This document shows positions 1-10,727 of a stretch of 64,000 bases of DNA, in pieces (within the stretch, counting starts at the first letter, position 1; the number at the start of each line of letters is the position of its first letter). The position numbers and the translations under genes are program-made. The stretch spans positions 165,154 to 229,153 of IMG/VR virus record IMGVR_UViG_3300021400_002728, one strand, 5' to 3'. The stretch is from a virus. Its lineage: Duplodnaviria > Heunggongvirae > Uroviricota > Caudoviricetes. The notes beneath the pieces were generated by a model that was given only the letters and a program-made list of their open reading frames with translations, did not search any database and had not been told where the DNA came from.

Positions 1-288
1 AACTCTAGCAGTTATCAACGACTTCAGATAATTAGCAAACTCACTATTATTGTCATTCATAAAGAAGCCTGGGCAAAATGTACCTTCATACCAAGCTTGT
101 ACATTTGATTGTAATTCCTTGTCTTCTAATTCTTGCTCATTAAAATAGCTCTCTATCTTCTGTAATAATTCCCGTCCTTTTTCACTGTCACAAACACCAT
201 TTCGTCTGCACATATCAAGCATATCAAATCCAATATTGCTTAATTTAGGGTACAGGTGAGCTAATTCCTTTTGCTCATCTGAGATCAT
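1..288 (-). CDS. hypothetical protein, runs off window start
   Basis: GAGGAG RBS, ATG at 288, open frame MISDEQKELAHLYPKL... to position 1. Confidence 0.65.
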   Translation of the reverse strand, partial: MISDEQKELAHLYPKLSNIGFDMLDMCRRNGVCDSEKGRELLQKIESYFNEQELEDKELQSNVQAWYEGTFCPGFFMNDNNSEFANYLKSLITARV

Positions 289-460
289 CGTTGTCTCCTC
301 CTTACATGATAATAGAGACTATACATAGCCTCTATTTGTGATTTTTTTCAAAAAGTTCAAATTTTAATATTTATTTATATTGTAAATATTATTATATATA
401 GCATATTAGTGTAACCTTTTTTGCAACCTAACCCACATCAAAGATTACTTACATTGTTCA

Positions 461-1555
461 CTATTGGAAATCAGTTTCATTATAAGAATAATAGTCTGCA
501 AATGTTAAATATTCACTCTGATATTCATTTTGATGAGTAACTACTATCTTATAATCATAACCTTCAGCATCTACTTTAATTCTATTAAGAAGCTGATCAG
601 CTAGATCCTTATCAAATAAACCATATCTGAGAGTTCCCTGATAGTCATTAGGATGATTTGTTTTATCAACCATATAACTATTTATATTATTTATAGAAGT
701 TTCACCAGGAAACACCCCATTACCGTGTTTGGTAAGATATGATCTTGTTACATAATATGGAATAACTTCTTCAGATGTAAGTTCTTTAATATAAGTCATT
801 CCAGTTCTTGTAGGTGTTCCCCATGTATCAATATATCTATCTAACAGTAATCCTTGAGCATTTTCAAAAACTACTACATCATATTCTTTTTCAATTGACT
901 TATAACTGCGCACATTTGCAATTAAGGTCATATTAACTGTATCTGCAGCATAATTTTCAAGAAGATTATCTGAATAAAATAGATCATACTCATCAGCTGT
1001 AAGTACGATTCCATATTCTACAAGAACATTCTTAAAATAAGTATCTCTAAGTGTTTTAAGCTTTTCTACAACCTCAGCAGTACTAATACCAAGCATATCT
1101 TTCCAATATATAGGATGCCCAGCTTCATTTCTACGAACTGTTTCCCATATACCATAACCACAACTACCATGACGTTTATCACGTCTTTGTTCAATCATGC
1201 GATTGACTAACATATCAAATGGAGTTGTTATTGTACAATCTTCGTCAATATAGATTCTGTTCATTGGATCCATGGTTTTCTTAAGTTCAAAATACTCATT
1301 CATAAAGAGCATTGGATTAACCATATAGAACTTAGAGAAATAGATATCAGCATATGAAAATCCTGCACCAAAATGTGAATATACATGACGATTTCCATCT
1401 TTGTCATAGGCAGTATGACCACGCTGACATCCACCATTTGTAAGAACATTTATAACCGACTTATTCTGAAGTTTAGCCTCGCGGCAAAGTTTATTTGCCA
1501 CGAGACCTTTACCTTCATCGCCGTAATTTGCACCAATTACTGCGTATCTTACCAT
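461..1555 (-). CDS. purA: adenylosuccinate synthetase-like protein (divergent PurA family)
   Basis: GANYGDEGKG P-loop, GGCQRGHT, FENAQGLLLD, TRSYLTKHGNG motifs. Confidence 0.85.
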   Translation of the reverse strand: MVRYAVIGANYGDEGKGLVANKLCREAKLQNKSVINVLTNGGCQRGHTAYDKDGNRHVYSHFGAGFSYADIYFSKFYMVNPMLFMNEYFELKKTMDPMNRIYIDEDCTITTPFDMLVNRMIEQRRDKRHGSCGYGIWETVRRNEAGHPIYWKDMLGISTAEVVEKLKTLRDTYFKNVLVEYGIVLTADEYDLFYSDNLLENYAADTVNMTLIANVRSYKSIEKEYDVVVFENAQGLLLDRYIDTWGTPTRTGMTYIKELTSEEVIPYYVTRSYLTKHGNGVFPGETSINNINSYMVDKTNHPNDYQGTLRYGLFDKDLADQLLNRIKVDAEGYDYKIVVTHQNEYQSEYLTFADYYSYNETDFQ

Positions 1556-2442
1556 GTAATTACTCCATTTTCTTTCTTAAGACCGGTGCTTGTAGTTCCA
1601 GATGTTTTACCTGCATTATTATTAATAACTTCGGTAATCTTATCTGCTACATCATCAAGAGTTGCACAGATTACTCGATCTTCTCCCATAACCTTGGCAA
1701 ATGTAGGACCACAGTTTTCAAAGCTATAAAAGCTTCTAGAAGAATTGTGATTTACATGGATATGGAAGCATTCAAACTTCTTACTAACTTCCTGATAAAG
1801 AGCATTTGTATCAATGTCTTCCTCGATGATATCACCGAATACTGACTCGAAACTAGCTCTTCCACCACGCTTAGGAAGATAAGGATTGATAGGTTCATCA
1901 CCCATAGTGATGATGATACCTTTCTTATTTCTCTTATCAATAGCATCGATCTTAGTATGATTGAGTGCAAAGTACCAAGCGAGTGTATAGGATTCAAATC
2001 CATTACCACCACCGCCAAACTCGAAATAAATCTTTTCCAGCTGATCTGCGATACGAATATCAGATTCGAACTGAGATGCCTGAGCAGGAACTGAATCACA
2101 AGCCATATCACCAATTCCCATAATAAGGAACTGTACGTCTGGCATTGTCTTATAAAGCTCTGTCATAACTACATTAATCTTCTTAGCGACTTCAACTGCT
2201 GCCTGTCCCATAGAACCTGTAACATCAAGCGCAAGGATTACTGGAACAACGTTAGGATGTTCATCAGAATCACAACACTCGCGAGTTACGTTCTTAGGAT
2301 TGAGCATAGGATTTAGATCATAGGACTTAAAGATCTCCTGATTGCTGTAATTGCCATCTACAACACCACTGGCGCTTACACTACGTCCTTTAGAACTAGA
2401 ATAACTTCTGAAAGCAGAATCAGACCAACTACCGTAACCCAT
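1549..2442 (-). CDS. von Willebrand factor A (vWA) domain protein
   Basis: MIDAS-like ILALDVTGSMG, GGGGNxxESY, IITMGDE. Confidence 0.8.
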   Translation of the reverse strand: MGYGSWSDSAFRSYSSSKGRSVSASGVVDGNYSNQEIFKSYDLNPMLNPKNVTRECCDSDEHPNVVPVILALDVTGSMGQAAVEVAKKINVVMTELYKTMPDVQFLIMGIGDMACDSVPAQASQFESDIRIADQLEKIYFEFGGGGNGFESYTLAWYFALNHTKIDAIDKRNKKGIIITMGDEPINPYLPKRGGRASFESVFGDIIEEDIDTNALYQEVSKKFECFHIHVNHNSSRSFYSFENCGPTFAKVMGEDRVICATLDDVADKITEVINNNAGKTSGTTSTGLKKENGVITW

Positions 2443-2445
2443 AGA

Positions 2446-3075
2446 TTAGTCCTCCTTCTCTTCACCGTCATCATCATCTTCATCAGCTGCCTCAGCAGCA
2501 TCTGTATCACCATCATTCATGATATTGAAAATGTCACCGAAGAAATCATCTCCGCCATTTCCATTCATGAGCATCATCATTGGAAGCATACCAGACATGT
2601 TATTACTCATGCCATTGTTTCCGTTCATCATCTGAGACATCATCATGTACTTGAAGATTCTGTTTGTTCCCTTACCCTTGAAGTCAGTACCGAAAAGAGA
2701 TACGATCTTACCATAGAAGTAAGTATTGCCCATAAAGACGTGTCTCTCAGGAATAATATCCTCAAGACGAGAATCTTCATAATCAAGAACCTTGATACTC
2801 TTGTCTTCATTGACCTTTATTACACACTTAGGCTTGCCATTTGCGATGATAATATCACCGGTAGCAACCCTATTTGTAGGGATCATGAAGAAGCAATCCA
2901 TGTTAGCACCAATGTTGAAGACGAAGTTGTTACAGTTAACCAGCTTGTTCTTCTTTACATTGTACGTCTTGTAGCCATTAGATGTCTTAATGGCAATGTC
3001 GCCGTTCATAGACAGCCTACACATATCAGATCCAATCTTACCAAACATGTTGTCAAGAAAATTACCATTTCCCAT
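2446..3075 (-). CDS. hypothetical protein with Met-rich and acidic tail, first gene of vWA-purA operon
   Basis: ORF directly downstream of a sigmaA promoter, tightly coupled to the vWA gene. Confidence 0.7.
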   Translation of the reverse strand: MGNGNFLDNMFGKIGSDMCRLSMNGDIAIKTSNGYKTYNVKKNKLVNCNNFVFNIGANMDCFFMIPTNRVATGDIIIANGKPKCVIKVNEDKSIKVLDYEDSRLEDIIPERHVFMGNTYFYGKIVSLFGTDFKGKGTNRIFKYMMMSQMMNGNNGMSNNMSGMLPMMMLMNGNGGDDFFGDIFNIMNDGDTDAAEAADEDDDDGEEKED

Positions 3076-3127
3076 AATTTTGTTTCCTTTCTACTTATAA
3101 ATATGGATTTTTTGGTTTAACAATTAT

Positions 3128-3159
3128 ATTATAATTTGCTTCTAGACAAATGTAAATAG
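3128..3159 (-). promoter_or_regulatory. sigmaA-type promoter CTA-TTTACA-N17-TATAAT
   Basis: TTTACA and TATAAT hexamers with 17-nt spacer; same pattern recurs 7 times in the window. Confidence 0.8.
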
Positions 3160-3162
3160 TTT

Positions 3163-4992
3163 TTATGAACCGAATGTAGCATTTTCATCTTCTTCATCTT
3201 CATCACGTTTCTTAGCAAACGGGTTGGAAGTAAGAAGATTAACATCATAGATAGACTTAATACGAATAATACCATTACGATTTAATCTATCAATCATAAA
3301 GCAAGTACCAGTAGGAAAGTTGGTAGCTGACGATACAATTGAATCTACGTCAATAGCTGAAGATGGATTGATCTTTGATGTATCAAATGCATCCAAGAAT
3401 AACTGTGCTTCTTCCATAGACGACTTAAACATAAACTTAGTTGTAATATAGTTTGCAATACCTTTAGGGAAGTGAGAAATACCCTGAGATGCGAGTACTG
3501 TAGCAACATTAAGTGAACGTCCAAGAACAAGGAATCTATCAATAATAGCACCCATCTCTTTGTTACCAAATAATAAGTGAGCCTCATCACAAATAAGTGT
3601 TGTAGGAACCTTATTATCACCAGAAAGAATATCCAAGAGCTTAGTTGTAATAATATACAAAATAGCTGATGTAAATCTTTCATTTGCATCATAATCTTCT
3701 GGTTTCTTAGAATAATCAGGTAAGCTAAGACCATGTAATGATATAACCATTGAATCTGTAGCTGAAAGTACAAGAGGCTTTACGTTTGATTCACGAGTAA
3801 AGAGTAACTTACCATACTTGTTATCTTCAAACATCTTAAGCATTGTACCAACAGTCTGTGCTGATTCATTCTGGTTAGCATAAAGATAGTCAGCAACGTC
3901 CTGCATATCATAATAATCACCAGTAGTTTTAGCTCTAGTAACGAAATCAGTTACAATAGGTGTAATACCAATGATTGTGTTTCTATCTAACTTACCACAC
4001 ATGATCTCAATAATAGTCATAAGTGTAGCAGTATCAATAGGTTTTATTCTACCTTTCTCATCGATCTTCTTTAAGAATTCGAATGGATTTAACGCACCAG
4101 GACGAATCTTATTAATATCAATAATATTGATGTTTGGGTTTACATTATATAACTTATCAAAGTCATTCTTAGGGTCAATTGCAATAACTCTCTGACCCAT
4201 ACCTAAGCAATTAGCTGCAATATTTAATAACGCAAATGTCTTACCGCTACCCGGGGATCCTACTACAATAGTTCCGGGCGCATTATTTACCATTTGCGCT
4301 GTTGTAGGTATAGTGATAGGTAATACAAAGCTTCATCTTTATATGGTCAGTTTGTATTTTCCCTCACTTCACACCGTACGTGAGACTTTCACCTCATACG
4401 GCGTTCCATCAGTAGTTTAACAATTCTCGAGTTACTGTTAAACTATTTGACTATGCCCCTTTGCTCTATAGATATTATTCTATTTCATAGCTACTACAGG
4501 CAGCTGCCCTACAGTTTCATAGATCATTTCCTATCTATTATAAGCATTGACTCTTAATAGTCTTAACATCTTATACTGTAGTTCTCTTGTTCCGTTAAGT
4601 TTATCCTTATCTATAATAACTTAGTCTCTGTCTCTAGCTTATAATCCATCTCTTCTTTCTATGATCAGTAAAATAAAGACTAATGCATAATGTTAATGGC
4701 CTAACATTAATACGAATTATAAGTCGTCATAAACAGTTTCTGTACGTAGACATATTATTTTTATAGGACTCCCCGATTTTCATCGACTTTACCGTGCTTT
4801 ATACATTATTAGATTAAGCTAATTATGCATAACGGAGTTTTAGAGAATAAGATGCTGATTCATCTTATAAATGGACTTTCACCATTCAAATCAACTTAAC
4901 AGTTAAATACTATAAAGTATTCCACTAACTTGTTTTCATTTCTGAAGTGTTTCATTAGCGAACAAGACACACGACCATTTTATAGTACTCAT
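3163..4992 (-). CDS. VirB4/HerA-like P-loop ATPase, two exons (4973-4992 and 3163-4309) split by a group II intron; 388 aa spliced
   Basis: Walker A GSPGSGKT, IDPK, Walker B ICDEAH, GRSLN..LASQ; splicing gives MSTIKWSPTTAQMVNNAPG behind a GGAGG RBS. Confidence 0.8.
4310..4972 (-). mobile_element. ORF-less group II intron (663 nt)
   Basis: 5' GTGTG; domain V GAACGCCGTATGAGGTGAAAGTCTCACGTACGGTGTG; domain VI ending ...TTACCTATCACTAT; removal restores frame. Confidence 0.9.
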
Positions 4993-4995
4993 TAT

Positions 4996-6037
4996 TTAAT
5001 TTACCTCCTTCAAATTACTAATATAATTTTCAATATCTAAATTATTCCATAATTCTACAAAATTTAGACTTTGTCCATATTTTCGTTTTTCTGGATCAGA
5101 TTTAGTCCAAATATATATGGCATATTGATATTGTTTACTTGTTTTGGCTTTTTCTATCCAAGTATCTAATGTTTTCTTATCAGATTTATTATGACTATTA
5201 TAAGCATGTGAATTATGCATCCAATAACCATTTATCTCTACATAAGTATTAGATTTAACTAAATAGAAATCGCACATAAAATGGATATTCTTCAGATCTA
5301 TATTGACAATAATAATCTTGATCTTTTACATATCCTAATTCATTTAATTTAGACTCAAATAATGATTCTAACTTACTATGTTTAGGTTTACCTCTTAATG
5401 AATTAGCTCGTTTAATTTGAACTTCTTTAGTACCAATTTTCTTTTTAACTTCATCAGTATTAAGATTACATACTACTCCATATCTTTTAAGATTCGTAGA
5501 CTTTATCTTAGATATTATATCAGGATTCTGTGTAACATATTCAGTTCCATATTTAAATATATTAGTCTGTTTAATCTTAGTCTTTATAGATTCTGAAGCA
5601 TATACATTAGTAGTACCATATTTAGTAAGATTAGTTTGTTCTCTTTTATTATTTGATTCTTTACTATGAGCAGCCTTTATACCATTTTCATGTACTTTAG
5701 GTATTTTTAGAACAGAACTAACTCCATATCGTTCTAGACAAGTTTCTTTAACTTTAACTTGATTATTATAAGTGCTACTTCCATATCGAGCTAATTTAAC
5801 TTGTTTTATTTTATCTATATTATGATTATTAGAACATTTTGCTGAACAGCATTCTAAATAACCTTCAGATAATCCTCTAAATGAAGTTTTCTTTCCACAT
5901 ACTACACAAATACCTTCATTAGGTTTTTTCATATAACTATCGTAATATTCTTGTAAAGTAATCTTATGTACACGAATATGATGACTTAATTTTCGTATAG
6001 ACTCAAACTGAGTTTGACATATACTACAATTTATCAT
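4996..6037 (-). CDS. free-standing homing endonuclease (Zn finger, ERYG-type repeats, Vsr/PD-(D/E)xK-like C-terminus), frameshifted near 5280
   Basis: ORFs 5255-6037 and 4996-5277 join as ...SEEYPF/MCDFYL..YVEING.W.H if one T of a T-run is removed; N-terminus similar to 13169-14236. Confidence 0.7.
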
Positions 6038-6195
6038 TCATCTTCCTCCACCTTATCTTTTACGTTATCTTCTATTTTATTGCCATTTTTATCTAAATAG
6101 AATTTCTGTCCTTTTCCAGGACGTCCTACTACAAAAATATTTGGTGAGTTATTCACCATTTTATCTGATATAGGGTTCCACATAATTGTAGTCAT
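6034..6195 (-). pseudogene. displaced duplicate of the VirB4-like ATPase N-terminus
   Basis: MTTIMWNPISDKMVNNSPNIFVVGRPGKG aligns with MSTIKWSPTTAQMVNNAPGTIVVGSPGSG. Confidence 0.8.
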
Positions 6196-6219
6196 TTTTC
6201 TCCTCCATACAAACAAAAT

Positions 6220-6250
6220 AAAAGCTTCAGACGAATCTGAAGCTCATTTT
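6220..6250 (-). terminator. intrinsic terminator hairpin
   Basis: AGCTTCAGA..TCTGAAGCT inverted repeat followed by a T-rich tract on the minus strand. Confidence 0.6.
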
Positions 6251-6252
6251 AA

Positions 6253-6492
6253 TTACTGAAATTTAGTTAATGGTAAAAAGTTATTATAGCATGTAGGGCA
6301 TTCTCTATAACCCTTACCGTGTTCATTTGTATAACGTATAGACTCAAAGCTTTCTGAATACTTAATAGGCTGTCCGCAATGAATACAATTGATAATAGTA
6401 TCATTATCGTCTTTTACTGAAATATTCCAATCATTAGGAATATTTGCATCAGTATACTTTCCAGTAACGATATTATACCTATGAACAATCAT
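6253..6492 (-). CDS. small Zn-ribbon hypothetical protein
   Basis: CIHC...CPTC, RBS. Confidence 0.65.
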   Translation of the reverse strand: MIVHRYNIVTGKYTDANIPNDWNISVKDDNDTIINCIHCGQPIKYSESFESIRYTNEHGKGYRECPTCYNNFLPLTKFQ

Positions 6493-6506
6493 TGTTAACT
6501 TCCTCC

Positions 6507-6776
6507 TTAGTAATATCTTTCAATAACTTCAGGCTTAGTTGTAACCATCTCATCATCAGAATAATTAAATTTCTTCTTGAGATACTCAACTATCTTATAT
6601 CCATCACGTGACTTAGAACGATAACCATGCATATTTTTATTCTCAGCTATGTCGAAAAACTGTTCAATAAAATCTGAAAGTTCTTCAGTTGCTTTAGTAG
6701 TCATGATTGTTACAGTTGTGCATACATTTCCATATGCGTCGTCTCTAAGCGTTAAAGTTAATGTTTTCATTTTCAT
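6507..6776 (-). CDS. hypothetical protein
   Basis: ORF with RBS, in operon. Confidence 0.65.
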   Translation of the reverse strand: MKMKTLTLTLRDDAYGNVCTTVTIMTTKATEELSDFIEQFFDIAENKNMHGYRSKSRDGYKIVEYLKKKFNYSDDEMVTTKPEVIERYY

Positions 6777-6794
6777 AATTTCCTTTCTTATTTG

Positions 6795-7046
6795 TTATTT
6801 GCCTTCGTTTGCATATATCCAAGCTTCATGACCATGGTATTCCCAAATCATGATCTTTTCAATACCATTTTCGATCTCAATATCATACTTTTCAAAATTT
6901 TCAGCTTCTTCACCAGTATCTTCGGCAATCCACTGTTCCTTCATAGTTATCTGTTTATCTGTACGTTCTACTACCTTATATCGAATATCACCACCATATA
7001 GCATGGTACCTCTATAGATTTTACCTATTTCAAATTTATTTTCCAT
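6795..7046 (-). CDS. hypothetical protein
   Basis: ORF with RBS, in operon. Confidence 0.65.
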   Translation of the reverse strand: MENKFEIGKIYRGTMLYGGDIRYKVVERTDKQITMKEQWIAEDTGEEAENFEKYDIEIENGIEKIMIWEYHGHEAWIYANEGK

Positions 7047-7048
7047 AA

Positions 7049-8194
7049 CTATTCTCCTTCACATGATTCAAACTTTACATATTTGTTAAGTTTAGATGCT
7101 TTAATTGCATCAGGTGAAAGAATACTGTTAATCATCCAACTAACAGACTCTCGATCTTCATACTTTTCGAAGTACTTAATCATTCTGTCAGTAACATCAT
7201 TAAACTTACTAAAGAAATCACAAGTCTTCTTCTCAGCATCATTCATATCTTCATAATCTACATATACGTTGTCATATGAATCATTTTCGCCAACTAATAC
7301 ATGAAAAATTATGAATCCTTCTACACAATCATCTCTAGGACTAGTCTTATACACAAATGATAATAAGTTCTGCATCTTTTCTTCTTTGAGCATAACAATG
7401 TTAAGCGGCATGAAACTTAAATTATTTTCATCACATATAAGTTTAGGTATATCATAAATTAAATCAAGAACAATTTGTTCAGAAATATCAGTTTGATAAT
7501 ATGGAAACAAATACATCATAGGTTGATTATATATTCCACGATAATCTTGATCTTCACCAAGTTGTTTGATAGTCATTGCAAACATAGTAGTGACTTCACC
7601 ATTACGTTCTACATAATAAATACAACCAAACTGCATCCAAAATATAATATTCTCTCTAGCAGCCTCTTCAGAATCAAGTACATTATTCTTTTTAAGATAC
7701 CTAATAAGATACTCTGTAATCTTATCTAGATCATCCCATGTTGCGTATTTAAGTATATATGTACTCTTAATACCAATAGTCTTCTTGGACTTCCTGGTAG
7801 TCCTAGGAGTTATCAGGATTGATCTGTTATATTCATCATAAGTTAATAATCTATGACGCTGACAGTAATCCATAACCTGAATATATGAATTCAAATAGTC
7901 TTCTATCTGAGTTCTATACTTAGGCTTAATATACTTAATATAATCCATACTATAGAGCTTATCATCTTTAGTTTCATTACAGTCTTTACATAATGGAATT
8001 AAGTTAATGAACTGATTAGATCCACCTTTATTAAGCGGAATAAAATGATCGACGGTCATTTGATAACCTGCATAAATAGGTGTACCACAATGAGCACACT
8101 TATTGTCAGATTTTGCACAAATATCTTCTTTCTCATCGATAGTAAATTGTTCTCGATTATAATATTTTTGTTGTGTTAATTTTCCTTCCATCAT
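7049..8194 (-). CDS. HNH endonuclease domain protein (N-terminal McrA-like HNH) with unknown C-terminal region
   Basis: CAHCG...TVDHFIPLNKGGSN..NLIPLCKDCN. Confidence 0.8.
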   Translation of the reverse strand: MMEGKLTQQKYYNREQFTIDEKEDICAKSDNKCAHCGTPIYAGYQMTVDHFIPLNKGGSNQFINLIPLCKDCNETKDDKLYSMDYIKYIKPKYRTQIEDYLNSYIQVMDYCQRHRLLTYDEYNRSILITPRTTRKSKKTIGIKSTYILKYATWDDLDKITEYLIRYLKKNNVLDSEEAARENIIFWMQFGCIYYVERNGEVTTMFAMTIKQLGEDQDYRGIYNQPMMYLFPYYQTDISEQIVLDLIYDIPKLICDENNLSFMPLNIVMLKEEKMQNLLSFVYKTSPRDDCVEGFIIFHVLVGENDSYDNVYVDYEDMNDAEKKTCDFFSKFNDVTDRMIKYFEKYEDRESVSWMINSILSPDAIKASKLNKYVKFESCEGE

Positions 8195-8415
8195 ACCTCC
8201 TTATAGGTTTACGTCTATGACCAATAAAAGGAGATTCTTACTCATGAAACCAATCTTCTAATGCAGTTGTTTTTCCTGCTAGAAGATCATAAGCAGATTC
8301 CGGTGTTTTATCTGTAAGTATAGCAACCGCTGAAATAATTCCAGCAATAACAAATGTAACAATACAAGTAGAAACAAATGAATATATCATTATTCATATC
8401 CTCCTTATATTTTTT

Positions 8416-8447
8416 ATTATATCAAGAAGAATGGTAATTGTAAATAG
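8416..8447 (-). promoter_or_regulatory. sigmaA-type promoter with extended -10
   Basis: CTATTTACA-N17-TATAAT, TG upstream of -10. Confidence 0.75.
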
Positions 8448-8493
8448 TTATATCTACTTATATTATTAAATAGTCTATACTAAATATTTACAA

Positions 8494-8757
8494 TCAATCT
8501 CTAGTTGCAAGTGCCCAGAAACAAGATCTGGTATTGTTATACTTAATCTTTAGACCTAATCCTTCAAACCAAGATCTGATATGGGCATGCACATCATCTT
8601 CAAGATTTATAATGTATGAATCAATATAACGACTATACTGCTTTTTGAGTTTAATGTCTACTACACCATTCATATCAGGTTGGAATACAAACTCAAATAT
8701 AGCATCGCTATACTCATTATTGAGCTCATCAAGTATTTCCTGTGTGATCTCTTTCAT
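8494..8757 (-). CDS. hypothetical protein
   Basis: ORF with GGAGG RBS. Confidence 0.65.
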   Translation of the reverse strand: MKEITQEILDELNNEYSDAIFEFVFQPDMNGVVDIKLKKQYSRYIDSYIINLEDDVHAHIRSWFEGLGLKIKYNNTRSCFWALATRD

Positions 8758-8767
8758 ATTTTACCTC

Positions 8768-9187
8768 CTACTCAATTGATGTTTCTATATAAGATACCTT
8801 CTTACCACAAATAGGGCAAAAGGTATAACTTAATTTATCAGGAATATCATCGTCAGTTAGCTCATATCTATTATTGTCGCATTTTCTATATAAGATCTTC
8901 TTATTTTCAGATTTTCTCAGAACTGCTGTATAATAACAAAATTCACTTACTGAATCTAGTTCGTTTTCTACAATAGGTTCCTCTATAATAGTTTCTTCTA
9001 CTGTAGGTTCTTTATTTTCTTCATATTCCTTAACTGGTTTTTCAAAATTAGATACATCAGTATCTTCAGTATCAAACAGTGCAGTATTAACTTGTGATTT
9101 GTCCCATTTATCTCTATAATAAGAATCTGATATCTTATTACCAAACTTAACTATATTCTTTTTTGCTTTTTCTATTAAAGATTCCAT
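8768..9187 (-). CDS. hypothetical protein with C-terminal Zn ribbon
   Basis: FCPICGKK. Confidence 0.65.
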   Translation of the reverse strand: MESLIEKAKKNIVKFGNKISDSYYRDKWDKSQVNTALFDTEDTDVSNFEKPVKEYEENKEPTVEETIIEEPIVENELDSVSEFCYYTAVLRKSENKKILYRKCDNNRYELTDDDIPDKLSYTFCPICGKKVSYIETSIE

Positions 9188-9246
9188 ACCCTTTATTACC
9201 TTTATAACTAGTCTAACTATTGTTCAAAACTATAATTTACTTCTAT

Positions 9247-9765
9247 TTATTCCAATGACTTTAAATAATTATTCAATTCAGAAATAAGTTTCCAACCTTC
9301 AAAAGCTTCAGGTTGTGAGCTAGTAGTAAAAGAACAAAAAATATTATTATCATATAAATGAGTATGTAATTTACTGATAAAATCTATAACTTCAGGTATT
9401 TCTGCATTATCTATAGATTCTCCAGCAGTATGATGTGAATTATCTGGATCATTTTCACCAAAGTTAAAATCAACATCTGTGTCATATTCTGCATGTATTC
9501 CATCATCATTACAATCTATTTGTATATAAACATAATATGTATCTATATATCCTGGTGGTTCATGTTCGGTATCTTCAAGAAGTATTTCAGTTGTAAAATT
9601 ATACGGAGAACCTTCTACTTTTATAGTATGTTTAAGATCACTGCGCCAGATTGTTTGACAAAACTGATTTGTACCAGATGTATTATGTGAGTGATCAGTA
9701 CCATTATATTTTTTACAAATATCATAAATATTTTTATATATTTCTTTTATTTGTGCAATTGTCAT
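9247..9765 (-). CDS. hypothetical protein
   Basis: ORF with GGAGG RBS. Confidence 0.65.
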   Translation of the reverse strand: MTIAQIKEIYKNIYDICKKYNGTDHSHNTSGTNQFCQTIWRSDLKHTIKVEGSPYNFTTEILLEDTEHEPPGYIDTYYVYIQIDCNDDGIHAEYDTDVDFNFGENDPDNSHHTAGESIDNAEIPEVIDFISKLHTHLYDNNIFCSFTTSSQPEAFEGWKLISELNNYLKSLE

Positions 9766-9767
9766 TA

Positions 9768-10019
9768 TTAGACCTCCTTTATTATCTTAAACGAGCCGTC
9801 TTTTTCATTAAATTTTGCTTTATACTGTTTATCTACTTGATATAGATTAGAATCTTCATCATACTCATATAGTATTTTAGAATTTTCAGGTTCTACAAAA
9901 CTAAATTGATACTCACAAGTAGATTTATTTCTACCATCGTCATCTATACCATAGATCATATTTTTAACTGTACATTTAATTATACAGTCTATAATATATT
10001 TTTTCTTAAAAAATAACAT
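9768..10019 (-). CDS. hypothetical protein
   Basis: ORF with RBS. Confidence 0.6.
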   Translation of the reverse strand: MLFFKKKYIIDCIIKCTVKNMIYGIDDDGRNKSTCEYQFSFVEPENSKILYEYDEDSNLYQVDKQYKAKFNEKDGSFKIIKEV

Positions 10020-10040
10020 AATTTCCCTCCAATATAATAT

Positions 10041-10613
10041 TTAGAACCAGTCATCATAATCGTTTAATTCATCTAATTCATCTTTAAATGATTCTACACT
10101 ATTTAAAATTTCTTTTTCGTGTTCTACTACAAATTTAATACTATTATCATCTTCAAAACAACAATCTCGTATATTTTCAATGACAGATTCCATAAACTCT
10201 TGACTAGTATACTCATTTCGTAAAGGATAGTAAAAAATATCAGCTATATCTGATTTATCATATTCTATATGATTGTCATCAAATATTTTACAAAGTTTAT
10301 GAAAATAACGTGCGTTTTTCACTTTTTTATATATATCTTCATCTGGAATGTCAAACTGTTTAACTTTAATTGATACCATATATACATCTTCATAATCAAA
10401 TGATTTTACGTATTTAAGTGTATCTAAATTTACACTTTCAATAAGTTCACTTAATGAATACCCAAAAAAATTGAGTAATTTTCTTTCTGATTCTGAACAT
10501 ATAGAGCTGTCTGTATCTGAATCATGACATATTGCGTCAATGATGTCTGTTTCATCTAAATTACCCTTAATATCTGTTTTAAACATTACTTGTGCCATAA
10601 TTATATCCTCCAA
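10041..10613 (-). CDS. hypothetical acidic protein
   Basis: ORF; likely start at MAQVMF behind GGAGG. Confidence 0.65.
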   Translation of the reverse strand: MEDIIMAQVMFKTDIKGNLDETDIIDAICHDSDTDSSICSESERKLLNFFGYSLSELIESVNLDTLKYVKSFDYEDVYMVSIKVKQFDIPDEDIYKKVKNARYFHKLCKIFDDNHIEYDKSDIADIFYYPLRNEYTSQEFMESVIENIRDCCFEDDNSIKFVVEHEKEILNSVESFKDELDELNDYDDWF

Positions 10614-10727
10614 TTAGTATTAAAATTTATTTGAATATTTCTTAATTTCTAATAAACTGTTATATGCACTTTTTGTGATCTGACTTTAATGTTCTTTCTA
10701 AATCATATCTTATAAATAAGTACCGCC

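Noticed and set aside
461-1555. PurZ / 2-aminoadenine DNA pathway
   Set aside because: The catalytic Asp (GDEGKG) is retained, and no DatZ/MazZ-like neighbours were recognised.
4310-6037. HEG encoded inside the intron
   Set aside because: The intron 5' end (GTGTG at 4972) and exon 1 with its own RBS lie downstream of the HEG stop codon, so the HEG is outside the intron.
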